Shown: one piece after another, positions 30,252 through 47,493 of the stretch | Position numbering within the stretch: position 1 is the first letter of the stretch | Layout of the letters: the number at the start of each line of letters is the position of its first letter | From: Eledone cirrhosa | Lineage: Eukaryota | Length of the DNA: 64,000 bases | Reading direction: 5' to 3' | Assembly (NCBI GenBank): GCA_964016885.1 | Contig: OZ024749.1 | Coordinates: 45,756,001-45,820,000, forward strand | Position numbers and translations under genes: made by a program | Notes under the pieces: model-generated | The model's input: the letters and a program-made list of their open reading frames with translations, nothing else | The model's database searches: none | Told to the model about the DNA's origin: nothing

Positions 30252-30421
30252 TGTGTATGCTTCTATTTGTGTATGTTCGTGTATGACAGTGTGGAGGTGT
30301 GATGTTTTGAGAGTGTGAGATTGTAGCAGCTTCTTCTTCTTCTTCTTCTTCTTCTTCTTCTTCTTCTTCTTCTTCTTCTTGATAAACGGTGACTCTAAGA
30401 AGCAGATTAGAATATATATAA

Positions 30422-30508
<87 letters not shown>

Positions 30509-30595
30509 GAGAGTGAGTGAGTGAGGGTGAGAGAGAGAGAGAACGAAAGAGAGAGTGTGTGTGTGAGGGGAACTGATAGTGAACAGGATAACATG

Positions 30596-30627
<32 letters not shown>

Positions 30628-31660
30628 AAGAGACAGTAATATACTTTGATATAAATAGAAAGAGAATATGAGCTGGGGAATTATATGAAAAAATGTATTA
30701 AAATTAATTGTAGCAGGGAAAATAAAAAAAAGAAACGAAAGAAAAGAATTGTGTCGAGAAACTGATAGATAGATAGATATAGAGAGAGGGGTGAGTAAGG
30801 GGAAGAGAGGCGTGAGAGAGAGGTGTGGGAGAGAGGCGGGAAGAGAGTTAGAGTGAGAGGTGAAAGAGACAAAAGGGATTGTATGTGATAAAAGACGGGT
30901 TGAAAGATTACTTGATTAGGATCAGATATCACAGCAGGCAACTGACGTCACGGAGTCCCATCAGAGTTATCTGCTCTTCCCGTTACCCTTTTTATCACTC
31001 ACTTAATCTATTACTTTAGCCTTTCATTTAATTACGTTCTATTTTTTATTATTTAATTTTTATTTTCATTATTTTTTTCTGGATATTTGATATGTATTTA
31101 ATAATTATTTATGGGGACATGTTATACATTATTGTTGTTTTTTTAATCTTCTTCTATTTATGTCATATCTTATATTTATTCCATACGCCACTTGTAATTG
31201 TTGTTCTTTTAATTATTATTATTACCATCACTATTATTATTAGTATTATTATTATTATTTTGTTTATTTTTATTATTATTATTATTATTAATATTATTAT
31301 TATTATTATTATTATTAGAACATTTAAATTTTCACACAGGGAGGAATTGTGGGTGATAAAAAAAGAGTAATATAACAGCACCAACATAATTACTCCCAAA
31401 GAAATAGAAACCAAAAGGAACAGGGTGTGTTTGTGGTTGAGGTTATCAGTGTAATCAATATGAACCCTGTCGTAAATTGATACATCTATTGCGTTACGTT
31501 GTGAAGGGAGTGTAATGTAAGACAAGAGAGCCCATGTATAGTTTCGAAATATCTGCCATTATATACCTATTAACAACATCTGTTATTTGGTTACAGGTCA
31601 TTCATGTTGGAGTAGATCTATGATGATCCACACTGGGCTATCTTTTAACGGTTATATAGG

Positions 31661-31713
<53 letters not shown>

Positions 31714-32013
31714 TATATATATATATATATATAAAGTAAATCTCTATATATATATACATCATATATATATAAAAAAGTAAATCTAAATTGAAATATTCTT
31801 GCTCCTTGTACCTATTACGCAAATAACATTATATCGATAAAAGAGATAGAATATGTTGCACACAATTTAATGCACGTCAGTTTTGCATGTTTCCTTGAGA
31901 ATCAAGTGCACGAATCCACGTGTCTTGATGATGGGGCATAGCACTGAGCTACTTAGTGATTTCTTTTGATGTATGCTTATGATTCTTTTTTTTTGTACTT
32001 TAAATCTGATATA

Positions 32014-32065
<52 letters not shown>

Positions 32066-32412
32066 GTGAATCTTGTCTTTATTATATTTAGGAGCTTCTA
32101 AAGTGTCATGTCTTCACTGATCGATACATAGTAAGATACAGAGCTAATCAAGCGAAACAAAATGAAATTAATTGTAGGTAGATCAAAGGCGGGCGCATTG
32201 GGAAATGCTTTTAGAGATATTACTGTATTTAACTGAAAGATGATACAAATAAAAGCCAAATGAAAACAAATAGAGGGACAGAAATAAAAGAGAAAATTGT
32301 CATAAACGATCATTTTTGTCAGCCGCTAATCTGTACAAACTCGGATCAAAGTCTATTATTGCATTACATATACACGCATATGTATACATAAATGTATGTT
32401 TGATCACTCTCA

Positions 32413-33246
<834 letters not shown>

Positions 33247-33256
33247 ACAAAAGTTA

Positions 33257-33600
33257 CAAGCCGTTAAAGTTACAAGCTTTATAAAGCCCTTACACATGTT
33301 TCGCCCAAGGTGGCAGGTCTGAGGCAGATACTAAGGCAACGTTTTTAATGAAATACACTACACGGGTAGAATAATACTTTAACATCAGAATGCATATTAC
33401 ATATTGGTCGAAACATGTGTAAGAGCTTTAGAAAGATATGATTTAACGGCTTGCAAATCTTTCATTATTCATTTTGCCAATCACCGCTCTGCTTATCTTT
33501 GTACACTAAATATTAACCTTCTCTAATATTTAACTCTGATAAACCAAGCATCGAGCACTTATGCACCCACTTTTGGCATGTAATACTCTGTATCAAATCT
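33257..33600 (+). mobile_element. Older foldback element (family I) with hammerhead 3' half
   Basis: Degenerate arms 33257-33308 and 33404-33453 containing CGAAACATGTGTA; tail with TCGAGCACTT at 33551-33560. Right boundary approximate. Confidence 0.6.
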
Positions 33601-33647
33601 CTCTATACCTCCTCTTTCTATCCTCTTTTACGATACTGTAACTGTTT

Positions 33648-33711
<64 letters not shown>

Positions 33712-33809
33712 CGCCATGTAGTCTGGTTCGCTATCGAGATGATTTAAGCTCAACCGCTGGGAAAAATATCCCAAAAACACACAAACAGTCACACAAATAC
33801 ACACACGCG

Positions 33810-33872
<63 letters not shown>

Positions 33873-34228
33873 TTATATATATATAAACTCACACATATGT
33901 ATTTTTCCGTGATTGTTTACGATTCTTCCCACAAACCTGTTTAGAGAAAAAAGAGAATAAAATAAAATAAATTCAAAAACAAATCATGTATAAGAAGGAA
34001 GACGAGAAAAAAATAATACAATGTAATCCAATGCACTGGTGTAAGTTCGAGAGCTGGCGTCAGTCGGCTGCCTGATCCCACGCGAAACCTAACAATGAAG
34101 ATTTGGTGACTCCAGTGCTGGTTACAATCTAACCAAGCGGGAAATGATGTGACGGCAAAGGATGGTCAAACGTGTACACTGTTATTTGTTTATTATTATT
34201 GTTATTATTATTGATAACATTGTTAAAA

Positions 34229-34282
<54 letters not shown>

Positions 34283-34464
34283 ATTGTTGTTATTATTAAT
34301 TTTCGTTATGTTTCGTTCTTTCTTTCTCTTTATTTTCACGATATTTTTTTTTTTTTTTTTTTTTACTTGTTTGCTTTTAGCTGTTGTTTCCTGTTTTCCG
34401 TCACGACATATTTTTCGTGGCTTATTGTATATGGTTTCACATAAACTGAAACAGAGCCAAATGC

Positions 34465-34515
<51 letters not shown>

Positions 34516-34562
34516 AGAAAAAAAAGAAAGGGAAAGAGAGAGAGAGAGAGAGAAAGAGATAG

Positions 34563-34638
<76 letters not shown>

Positions 34639-35391
34639 GGTGAACAGAATTTGAAAATAAAATTGGAATCTTTAAGAAGATTTATTAATAATAATTTTAC
34701 CAGTTTCACATTTCGATCATATTTAAAAGTTAAATGAGATGGGTAGATGTGTGGCTATGTTTGATCATGGCATAGCCACATATCTTTCCTATTTACCTTT
34801 GAAAAACATGCACATCTGAAACCGGTTAATGTATTATGAATTAACCTACTTTAGTCTTTCATTGTATTAATCAATATATTATATATTTACATATAAAACT
34901 GTTCCACAATAGCCTCGACTAATTGTCCCAATTAAACAACTCTTTTTATGAAGACATACATTTCTATTATATTACGAATCATATGATGATTGGATATGTT
35001 AAATATTTATATAATTTAAACTTTCCCAAAATGAGTGCCATTCAATAATAAATAGTTTACATTGAAAATCAACCATCGGATCAGTTTCAATTTGAGGTTG
35101 AAAACATTTAACTTAACATATACAGCAGAAGAAATGCATGAACTTCATAATAATAATAATACTTTTGGTTAACTGACACAACTGATGCATTTACAATTAG
35201 CAGGAGCGGCATGGAAGTAAAATATGAGACAATATATATATATATATTCATCTCCTGTCATTACTACTACAGAGGTCCGTGAGCTGTTGATTCTAGAGTC
35301 GGGCCAGATCGATATAGATCGAAAATAGTGCTGATCAGTAGCGAAACGCCAAACAATTAACGTAATGAATAAAAGTAAAGATTCGTCCTTG

Positions 35392-35578
35392 TTGGATTGG
35401 CAGAATCGCTAGAGAGTCGGACACCATGCTTTGAAGCATAGAGTTACGTCCCTTTATGATCTGAGTTCAAATCCGGCCGAGGTTAATTTTGCCTTTCATC
35501 CTTACAGGGTCGATAAAATAAAGTACCAGCAATGTACTGGGTTATTGCTGGCCTTGTGCCTAAAATAGAAACAATTAT
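35392..35578 (+). mobile_element. tRNA-derived SINE
   Basis: Same family. Confidence 0.9.
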
Positions 35579-35797
35579 ATATATGTTTGTGTGTGTGTGT
35601 GAGAGAGAGTGTGTGTGTGCGTGCGTGTGTGTAATGGTAGAACATTGGTGTGTAGTAGTAGAGCACATTGTCCATGGGACCACTTTCGTAGTACTTCCAT
35701 AACTGTTAATACACCATTTCCGAGAACAACTTGTTCACCTTAAACCGAGCTGATGATACTTTCAGGCAGGGGAAACAAATTTTTCTCAGAAATTGTG

Positions 35798-35872
35798 TAT
35801 CAACTGTTGTGGAACTACTTACACACACATATATATATTATATATATGTAAATAGTTCCACGACAGTTGATA
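35798..35872. repeat. 26-bp inverted repeat ending in (TA)n (probable short foldback element)
   Basis: TATCAACTGTTGTGGAACTACTTACA (35798-35823) versus rc of 35847-35872, two mismatches. Confidence 0.65.
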
Positions 35873-36215
35873 TATATATATATATATATATTTACATTTA
35901 CATACGAACATGTTGGCCCGCTCATGAAATACTTCCCTAAAAAAAGCAAATTAATATCAATATTAATGTTAATGGCCCCTAGAACGAATGTGTCAAAATG
36001 TCCGCCTACTACAGAAATTATTTGGTTCAAAGTTGTTAAAATTGAAGATTCCACCATGTTCAAATGGCAATTAACCTTAAAATAGAGATATAGCTGGCAT
36101 GTCCTAATAAAAAGTTTTATAAATACATACATATATATGTGTATATATACGCATATATATATATGTGTGTGTGTATATGTATGTATATATATGTATTTAT
36201 ATATATATATAAATA

Positions 36216-36340
<125 letters not shown>

Positions 36341-36513
36341 TCAAGTATCGTAGCGTGTCAAAACTTCATGACACAGCCCATTCAGTGAGAGATTGCATGC
36401 TTACACATGCGTGTCACATGCGTGTATGCCACATAGTTAGAAGGCATTCATAAATAACTAATTATAGATTTCGGATTCGACATTATTTTGTCAACACTGT
36501 ATTACACAAAGAC

Positions 36514-36612
36514 AAGGGCGGTGCATGACAGAAACGGGAGAACGACTGACAAATTGCTTTGCGGGTATTTAGTGGAATTCGTTTGAGATTTGAGTTCAAA
36601 TCCGGCCGATGT
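36514..36612 (+). mobile_element. Old SINE head fragment
   Basis: GGGCGGTG...TGAGTTCAAATCCGGCCGA. Confidence 0.55.
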
Positions 36613-37879
36613 CGGTAGGCATCATAATGTTGTTGTTGTTAGTGACATGACGCGTTTTTGGTGACCCGCATTATTTTGTTGTTTAAATCTAGGACTCAAA
36701 TGACTAGTATACTATTAGAAGCCTTTTCCCTATACACATGATATTTTTATTTTATGTGTTGACAGCCATATTCCACATTCTCCATTTCTAAGACAAGATG
36801 GTGGGATTTGAGGAGAATTTCAATTGATTTCTAACTGAGTAACTGGACATCGGTTCGAGTACATACATTTTACATTTTGTGTTGTGTATAGTTTATTTAT
36901 ATTGTAAAATTGTTTGACTGTGAACGTATGTATGAAGCCATTACATTGGTAGTAAATTGTCATTCCTGGTCAAGCACCATTTAATTCATGTCGGTATTTC
37001 TATTTAGATACAGAGTTGAAGTTTCATATTTCGTCCTCTCTTTGTCGGTAAAATACTTGATGGTCTTTATTTATTTGTGTTATTACCACATGCAATTATG
37101 TTATATCTAAAATACATACAAGAAGGACGGTTTCTAAATACTAACTAATCACACGGAATAAGTAAAAAAAGGTGAAATAAAATTCTAACTAATAAAATGA
37201 TCGGAACATTAATGTATCACAAAATAATAAATAGCTCGAAGCAATTTTATGGACAGAAAAAAAACAAAACAAAAAACAAAAAACAAAACAAAAAAAAAAA
37301 AAACAACTGAAAATCATTCTTTATTTCATCATATAATGTACATGTGTTTTTTTTTCTGAAAAAGATGCCAAATAGAAAACAGTACAAAAATAATATTTTT
37401 TCCCCGCGAGAATCAATCTTCCGACAATAGTTGAAAGTCGGATATTTAGAAAACTTGCGGTGATATTGCTAAAAAACGAACAAAAAACGTACAATGATTT
37501 TGGTAGTTTGTGTATTTGAATATGAAGTATGTAGAGGAATGGTTCCGTGAATGTGTATATATGTTTTTCTTTAGTTGTAGGTTTATTTTGATTTAGTTTG
37601 TTTTTAAGTCAATGTGAATATATGTGTGTGTAGGTGTATTTTATCTCTTTTAATACGGATTTTTCACTGTGAGAAGTAGCATAGACCTTTCATTGAAAAA
37701 ATGCTTTGTAGCATTATTCTCTTTTGCAAGGCACCCTATTTGTCCATAAAGGCGATTTGTCTCCTTTGTTTTAAAATGTGTGTGTGTTTATGCACACACA
37801 AATACACACATATATATGTATGGAATATTCATATGCGTTTATTTCTGCCGCGTGTGTTTAAGATATTATGCACGGTTGT

Positions 37880-37929
<50 letters not shown>

Positions 37930-38935
37930 CATTATATATATATATATATATTATATATACATATATATACATATATACATATACACATATATATATAAAT
38001 ATATATATGTATATATATATACATATATACATATATATACATATATACATATACATATATATACATATATATACATATATATACATATATATATATGTGT
38101 GTGTGTGTGTGAAAATGGATATATGTGTGCATGTGTTTGTAAGAGAGTGTTCTTCCTAAGCATGTGGAGCAAGAGTTTCTGACGTCAAACAAAACAAAAT
38201 TCCACGACAAAATCAAATCTGACCTTTAAAAAAAAATAATTAAAAGTAAATGAGAGATAGTAGAAAACAAGGGAAAAAAGAAGCTAAATACATAATTACA
38301 CACAAAAACATACATGCTCACAAAAACACACTGCACATAACAAACCTTAATAAAACAATTCACCACAGAATATAATAATATAAAAACACAACACAAATAT
38401 TACGTGGAAAAACACATCATATGAAACGCAACGAAATTGACAGTACACAACAATGAGATAAGCGAAACAATAGGATGTTCCCTCTATACATCTCAAAAGC
38501 AATATTTAATGATGTAAACGCCGTTGTCTTTATCGTTGTTGTTTGTTATATTGTTGACGTTGTTTTTCAATGCTGTTGTTGTAGTTGTTATTGTTTGTAT
38601 ATGGTATGCTTTTATTCCGTTCTGCTTTCCCTTTACTAAACTTGTGTTGCATGGACAGATACTCGGTTTCGGTTCCCTGTTAGAAAGTACTGCGCTTTGT
38701 GAAATAAGATAGAGCAAAAATCAAATTAAATCATACGACACAGCTCAGTATTTTGTTTTAATTCATCTGTTATTAACATGTCCTGTGACTTCGTGTCTTA
38801 AATCGTTGAAATTACTGTTCTGAAGGGCTTCTTGACTCGCCGATTTGAAACCGGGGGAAAAACTAACTTGTGGTATTTAATTCTGGCCTCTTATGTATGA
38901 TTCCATATCTGACAAAATCAACGGAACTCACCATC

Positions 38936-39122
38936 ATAATTGTTTCTACTTTTGGCACAAGGCCAACAATTGCCCAGTACATTACTGGTACTTTATTTTA
39001 TCGACCCCGTAAGGATGAAAGGCAAAGTTAACCTCGGGGGGATTTGAACTCAGAATGGCAAGGGCCGTAACTCTGTGTGTAAAAGCATGGCGTCCGACCT
39101 TCTACCGATTCTGCCAGTCCAC
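38936..39122 (-). mobile_element. tRNA-derived SINE
   Basis: Same family. Confidence 0.9.
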
Positions 39123-41092
39123 AATGATCTTACACAAAGCTCGTTGGTGTATACGGCTATCTTATAATTTAAGTGTGATTTTCCGACGTCCAATTTTGGA
39201 GCTTCTAGATTTACAACAACACATAAGCTCCAATATATGTCTGTAATGTTCACTTTATCATTTAATGTAGGTAATGACGTTTAAGGTAGTACCAGACGTG
39301 GTAGTCATAATGATATTATAAATATAGAACTCAATGATATAATATGAAGAAATTATTGGAGATCCGTTGGGAAAATACTTTGGATATGTATTGGGTCGTC
39401 AAGTATGAAATTTGTAGAACTTTTTTTCTACAAATTTTTACTACAAATTTCCTACTTGAAGACCCAAAATTTATGATTGATGATCTTCGCTTAAATATAA
39501 ACCCTTCATATTTCCAAAATCGAAAAAATAAAATTACCACTTGAATACTGTGGTCTATTATTTTCAAATATTTTCGTACACAAATATGTGTGACGATGTC
39601 CGTATATTAGAAATACGTATTGAGGAATAGCTTGATGAATGAATCAACTGACTACCAGTAGAAACAATTGTAATTACAAGATACACTACATGATGCTTTA
39701 TAGAATGAAATCCGCCCAATCTTACAGTGCTTTCGTTATACCTGAGACCAAATAAATTTATACATAAATAGTTAGCTCATTAATTTTCTATCATTGCATA
39801 TCTAATATCACCGTAATGTGTCATTCTGATTCCATGCTAGAAATGATAATAGTTTCTAAATTCTAAAGTCTATATGCAAATAATTTCAGCTTCTATATTA
39901 TCTTCAATATATGTGGTCTAACAAGCATAGTGAAATGCTACAGGTAAAAGGCAATGATTATATTAAATTAAATTAGTGAAATTTGATGAAATAAGAAAAC
40001 ATAAATTACATTTATGTATGTGTTCAATGAAACATTTCTATTGTTTGTAATATAAACATATTTCAGCTTGAAAAGCCTGAGTAAATGTTGTATAGTATCT
40101 TACTATTCAGGGCAGAAAATGAGATATTCCATAGAATTAGATTCTCTTCCTAAGAAATTCATGAAGTCACTTACCATCAGAATTGAACTCACAGCTACCT
40201 TCGAAGATAATCAAATAATTCAACACTTTGATATTCCTATAGGGACAGAGCGATGGGGTAAATTCTAAAGAAGACGGGGAAAAGATCATTGAGAGATAAT
40301 AGAATTTTGAGATAACTACACTTTAAAATATCTTGTTCTAAAGTATTACGGGGCTAGTTAGTTTATTTACCGGAAGGGAGGAAAAATGAGATTCGGGTGG
40401 TTTGGTGGGGTGGAATACTCAACGCTGTGATTTGAAGCCAAGTCGATTTGGACAATAGTCAAATTTCGGTATGTAAGTTAACGAGTGATTTGTCAATGTT
40501 TCACCCCATTGTACTCATACGTCCTGTCACCATGTCACGGCCACGCCTTTTATTGTTCAAATTGTGCTAGTGGATTCGAGGTATTCTTTAAAGAGAGGGG
40601 TTGCTCCTCATTAGTTATCTGGCAGTTAGATATTTTTTTATCAGCATTTTTGTTGTTATTGTTACGGTCAATTCTGTGTTTTATATTGTTGCTCTTGTTT
40701 TATTTTTTTAAAAGATATTAATGAAGGAGGAAGGGTGGAAAATTGGCCGAATCGTTAACATTTCAAACTATGAGCCCTTACGTACTTATCTCAAATTCTG
40801 CCCACATCAATTTTAACTTTCATCCTTCTGTAGTTACTATCAAAGTTTGATATCATCAACTATATATCTCATCCAAACTTGAAGTCGCTTCATATAGGAC
40901 ATATTTCAATGACAGTGTGGATAAAGGGGGTAAAAGTAGGGAGGTTAGAGAACATGTTTGGTAACATTTTATTAGATTTCTTATTTTCATGTAAAATGTT
41001 TGGTGCCGAGAAAACAAATACCAATATATCACCAACGATGCCACACCAGGGACACATGTTTGATTGGTTTGGAGGACCAACTTTTCAACCTG

Positions 41093-41188
<96 letters not shown>

Positions 41189-44100
41189 ACGCCGATCTAA
41201 TGCAAGGTCCATCTCTCTCAAATATTACTCACTAGACAATTCTCCTCCCGAGGTTTTAAACAAACCTGTGTAAGGTGCTAATTAGTGGGACTGGACACGA
41301 AGGAACTTGGTTGAAGAGCGTATTTCTAAAGTACACCGCAATACATTATGATCAATATTTGACTAATATATCATTTAAAGGAAATTTGGCTACTATTTAT
41401 AGTAAGTTAAACATCAACCTACCCATCCCGGTTTACTAGTACTGGTTCCGCTACGCTAACCATGTAGCCACCGAGAGACAGCTGAATTGCCGAAATATTG
41501 ACCCAAAGTGTGACAAGATATAAAAGTAGCAGTGACCTCTAGTGACTATAGCAGTGACTGTAGTATTGTAATTGTAACATTTTAGAGGGTTGGATGAATG
41601 TGATGTTGATGTTAGTTAAGTGTTGGATTTAGATGACATAGGGATGGAAACTGTGAAGAATAAAATAAATATTAATTGCTATGATAGTATACGGCGTCAT
41701 CTGTAAAACTGCCACTTGAAAAGAAGGTGGATTTCGGATGATGGAAACGATAATAATGATGGTTATTGTTGTTGGTAGTGAAGGCGATAGTCGGTGTTGT
41801 TGTACATGATGTGTTTAAAGCAATGAAATCCTAAATATCATACACAGAATTTCTTATTGTTCCTCTAGGTTTTGAGTTCGCGTCGCACCCTGGAGTATTT
41901 TATATGATACAGTTGCAATACGATGTGTTATATATAAATAAGTATTTATACCTTCTTCAATCTTTTTAGCTCTGTTGTCTCCCCCACCCCTATCTCTTTC
42001 TCTTTCTCTCGCTCTCTCTCTCTCTCAATATATATATATGTTCGTGTTTGTGTGCGATAGAGAGTGCTTACCCATCACTGATGTTGGAAGTTTTCATTTT
42101 GCCATACTATTGTATGTCTCAATCATCAACATACTCTATTATGGGTGTGACATTGCGTATTTAAATGGAAGAGGTGCTACTCCCAATGTATAGTTACACT
42201 TACGTGTGTATGTTTCAATGTAGGCAGCAATTTAAGAGTAATTTACTCCAATATATAGCAGGTTGAATTACCCTCTAGGTATATCTCTTCCATTTAATAT
42301 ATATCTCATTTGTTTTTCTAAAGATAACCTGTCAATTATCCTTTGTTGAATCGGACTTGGCATAAACATTCCGAAAATCTTGGAATTAGAGTCATGACAT
42401 GAAAAATCCGTCTTTACTTGATTCCTTATATATATATATATTCTTCGGTAACATTTACAAATTACGTTGCGTTGAAGATGGTTTCAGGATAGGAAACGTA
42501 AAGGAAAAATAATAATATGCGATCAAACAAAGCTTATATTTTTCAATGATAAAAAAGGAAAACGTAGTCCTACATATTTTTTCTCAGACACTTTTTTTTA
42601 CACAAACGCACATACGCTTATAAAAATATACATATGTATGTATTTTGCATACTCTTTATAGCTAAACTATGATGAAGAACATAAGAGGAACAAACTAAAT
42701 TTAATAATATTAAAAACAAATCTAGACATTAGAATACTAACGAGAAAAAAATTGGCCCCATATTATTTCCTTCATTTATATATGTATTTATTTATTCGTC
42801 TGTTTATTCAATCATTCATCTATTCCGTCATTTGTTTATTTTTCATCCCACTTTAAGTCACTTAACAAGACCAACTTTTGACATAAGGAAATGCACAACT
42901 ATCTTTAATCTAACATATTTTTCGTTGAAAATGTTTTTGTTAATTTTTATTTTCTATTTCTCTTCGTGTATTCTCCCCTGTTTATGTTGTTTTTCTGTGT
43001 TTGTTTGCATGTTTGTTTTTTCTCGCTTTGGTAGTATTAGATGTCCGCAGAAAGTTTTATATCCAACGGAAAATGTTTGTTGATTATGATTGATTACATT
43101 GGTAAGATCAAGGGTTCAAATTGGCTTAACTCCATCATGGTTTAAATCATTCAAATCATGATTGATATAGAATGTAATAGCCCCGAGGTAACAAGCCGCG
43201 GCAGGAGTAACAACAATAACAAAAACAACAACAGAAAAGAAGAATAAAAAGTACAACAACAACAAGAACTAATCCTAAAGCCATCGCAAGAACAACAACA
43301 ATAAAAATGCCAAGAACAAGAAACATGTGACCAGATCAACGAAGCAATAACAAAACTGTCAAACAAACTCAAATATAAAGCAAACAAAGAACAATAGATA
43401 CGAAAGGGGAATAAATGAAATACGGTAGAGAATGATACAAAGTATGAAAGAGAGTATGTGTGTGTAAGCTGTAGAAATTGCAAAGAGATGTACTATCTCT
43501 GACCGCCTACATCCGACACATAACACACTCTCACACACAGACAGACATACTGAAAAAAATGTATAATATGCAAACCCTAAAATCATCAATACTGTATGCT
43601 GGTTGTCAGTTTCGAAACAACACAGGAAAAACGCAAGAAAAATGAGTTGTAGAATTGATCTAACGACGGTGAATAAAACAACAACAATAACAACAATAAT
43701 AATAATGATAAACACTGATTATTCACATTAGTAATTTTTTATTGACCACAGGAATCAGGTAATATAAATCACACACATTCCGTACAAAAGTATTATAAAC
43801 ATAATGCTGTGTATGTATATACATAATAAATAGGTGTTAGGCAAAAATATACACATTTTAAAAACATATTATCTTATACAATAAAAACATATAAAATGTG
43901 TTAAAGACATCTCCAAAAAAGAGGATAAGTTCAACTGTAAGGCATTAAAAGAATTTTCCGCGCCTTGTGGCATCCCACTAACAACTGTACTTTCTAGGTG
44001 GAATTAAATCACTGGCCCAGTTAAACATAGAATTTACAACATGCACATTTCTTACAACAAGTTAACGTGCAAACTGCCAATCACTCTATTACCACCTACA

Positions 44101-47100
44101 TCAAATGATATTTAATTAGGGGTGTATCTGTGAGAAAATGACTTATCTGTTACCGTATAAGACATGACATTACTTCACTATGTGCACTCAAGAGATGAAA
44201 ACCGATTGTTCTTCATTGCAAAAAGGATAGTAGTGGAAAGAGATGTACAAGGAACTCAGTCAATATCTGGATAATTTTATTCACTAATCATAGTTGATCT
44301 TTGTATCATAACCCCCTTCAATTCCTTTCATCATCATCCTGAAAACGTATTTTCGTATAGGTTAAATAGACTCAAAAGCACATATTTCTAATATTACAAT
44401 TTTACAGAGGTTGAGGTAATACAGTCAATAACATATTAGATGGGTAGATATCATCGACTATTCCAGTACGATACTGAGGTATATTTTAGAGCTAAACGAT
44501 GAAAGAAAAATCATTATTAGTACAGCAAACGTCACAGTAATTCAGAGATTTCCCCTCTTACATACGAAAATATGTTCTAATAGAAATAAATATCTTGCGT
44601 CCTAAGCTCCTCAGTTTTTGAAATTTATTTACATTATCTGAATTAAACAAAAGAAAGCACTTTAACGAAAGAAATATAAGAAAGATTTAATCATGCTTAA
44701 TATTCGATGAAACAGAAACAATTTGTTAACAAATCTTTGCCAGTAATCAGCATTATCCATTCCACCGTTGCGTTAGGGTATTGTTTGAATTCGTGGTATT
44801 TATTTAGTTTTCAATATATGTAAATGAATGATTGTGTATTTGAAAAAGGATCCATGTAAGGGAATATTATGAGATAATGTGATGGAATATTAATCATTTC
44901 TTTCTTCAAAAATAATTAATTGTAACGGAAAAAACCCTCCACTAATATACTTTCAAATAACAGCCAGTCGTCGCGTTGGGTAATGCGAAGAGAACATTGA
45001 CTGAGTGAGCTAGGTCTGTTGATAAATGGGCCGAACTACATCTTGACAGCAATTTGACAGCAAACATGTCAACGCACCAGCAATTGCAATATTCTAACGT
45101 CGTCTAACTTACTCTGCAATGTTTGGTTCATGTTCTTCAATTAAAATATCAATTTCATCCTAACTATATCTCTTTTTTGCATGAGATAATCAATACTGTG
45201 ATTAAAAGTAAACAAAAAAATATTATCCTATCCAATGGCCAGCATATGTGAGATTTATTCTGATTTAGGGTTTGAAGGAAGGCAGATAATTTGTCCAGCA
45301 ATGTTATTTACACTTTTTATTTCACGCATATCAAGCATCCTCCCTCGCTTACTAATCCCGAATATTTTGAAATTTATTTATTTATTCTAAGTTCCTATTC
45401 CTTAATCTTCATTATCACAAATGTCACTACAATCAACATAGCTATCAGATCACCGGGTCACTTTTACCATAGCCAGCTTTAGGAGATCAGAACATGTAGA
45501 TTTAACATACCGGGATATGTTCGTAAAGAATGTAATATTCTTCAATATATGATGCAGTATTATGAACAAAGAATAACCAATTCCTCTCTTGACGATGTAA
45601 GACAGATCTTGTCAATGAACTGACCATATGGTTACCTGTGTAATGGTTCAGTGCAGAAATCTATATAGAATGTACCTGGCAAAATGATGTGTCACTTGAA
45701 ATCTACTCCTCGATGAAGTTACTGAAGATTCTTAAATATAGTAAATAGGAACTTTTCTTTTTAAATCCTACGTCTGACAGTTGCTGGGAGCGACGGTGTT
45801 GAATATGGATAAGATGCAATGGAACCGTAATACTAATTTTAAAATGTGAGGAAACGACAAAATAGTCCATTGCGTACATATTATATTTTTTTAGGATTAT
45901 CTTGAAAGTTCGCTTTCAGATAGATCCAAGTTACAGTCACGTTCATCATATAAATAGCCGATGGTTTTTCGTTGTTCAGTAGCTCTTTTGATGGAATTAT
46001 TTACGCAGATGAGGTGTAAATAGCTGGAGAGATGGCTTTTACACTCTGACAGAACACTCAAATATCGAGTACTACTTGAAAGGTATGAGTGAAATAAAGA
46101 GGTTAAACGTAATGTTGAGGTTTGGGCAGAATGATAATTTGGCTTCCGTGAAGAGGAATCATTTTGTTGCTCCTGAAAGTAAGGGTTTGGAGACTGATAA
46201 TGCTCTTAGTGGGAAGTTGCGGAGGATTTTAAAGAGCTCTATTGTCTATAAATGCCTGGCACCGTATTTGTTTATATGTGTCTGTATTCCTGTGTATACA
46301 TGAATATTTACCTTTTCATTCTGACTATATAATATACTACGAAATGTTGGCTATATTCGATATATTTAAATGTTATTTTCATAGAAAAGGATGTTCTTCT
46401 TGCGGATGTATTCATACCTATAGATTTTTCTCTTGCTTTCTTTTTATGCCCGACCTTCTCTAGATCATTAATAACAGACGAGGTCTTGTGATAAGTTTCC
46501 AGGACTGCTTTGGCTTTCCTTTGTCTGTGATGCTAAAAGGAGAAAGAAATGCCTATACCGAGTGAGCAATGAGAGAGAAAATGAATTGGATTAGGCAGAT
46601 AAATATGTAGCTGAGAGTTATATAGTTCTGGTTGTTGCGAGGTAAATAATCAGTAAATATTGTGAAATAAGAATGCTTATGATGACACAGTGTGCTCTGT
46701 GTTAGATATATGAATGGAATTAGAGTTCCATCTAAGAGAGAAACTATTGCTGTACTTCAGTAAAATAGCAGAAGCAAACAATGATTGAATGATAGATAAA
46801 ATAATATATGTAAGTATAGAAATATAATTTGAAGTATAGTGATAAATATGTCATATTTTAATAGTAAAATATACACTGGGGTCATTATGATTGAAATATT
46901 GAAGGGAGAACAACAGCATGGCCGCGCTTCAATGATTAAAACGAGTTTAAGAATAACAGAATGAGAAAGATCATATACATATATGATACATATTTATAAA
47001 TATACACATATCAAACACGCACACAAACACACACCCACATGTACACAAACACTAGTGTGTGTATGTGTACCTAAAAACATCCATACACTGAACTGAAATA

Positions 47101-47434
47101 AGCATCGTATATTTATCACGTGTTCTTGTTCACTGAAGCGTTACTAATCTGAGTCTGTAGTGAACTGATTCACCATAATCGCATAAAAGGACATTCACAC
47201 AAAATCCTGAAAAAATAATATACACGAATAAATATACACGAATTAAACAAATAAAAAAAATCTATACATGATTCATTGTTTACAGTATTTTTATTTGGCG
47301 TTCAATTTAGTGATGGGGCTGGTTGTGTTAGTTTGTAGGTGTGTCGACGGTCTCGTTGTGGTTACAAGCGATGACCGCTGTGGAGGTGGATGGGAATCTT
47401 ATCATTTCATTTCTCTGCTTCCATCCTTTCTTCC

Positions 47435-47489
<55 letters not shown>

Positions 47490-47493
<4 letters not shown>

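Noticed and set aside
34744-34832. Hairpin AGATGTGTGGCTATG/CATAGCCACATATCT followed by GAAACCGGTTA
   Set aside because: Could be a decayed foldback or hammerhead, but it lacks a CTGANGA core and TA flanks; support is insufficient.
35750-35780. CTGATGA...GAAAC as a hammerhead (similar isolated CTGATGA at 21491 and 47697)
   Set aside because: The flanking helices do not pair.
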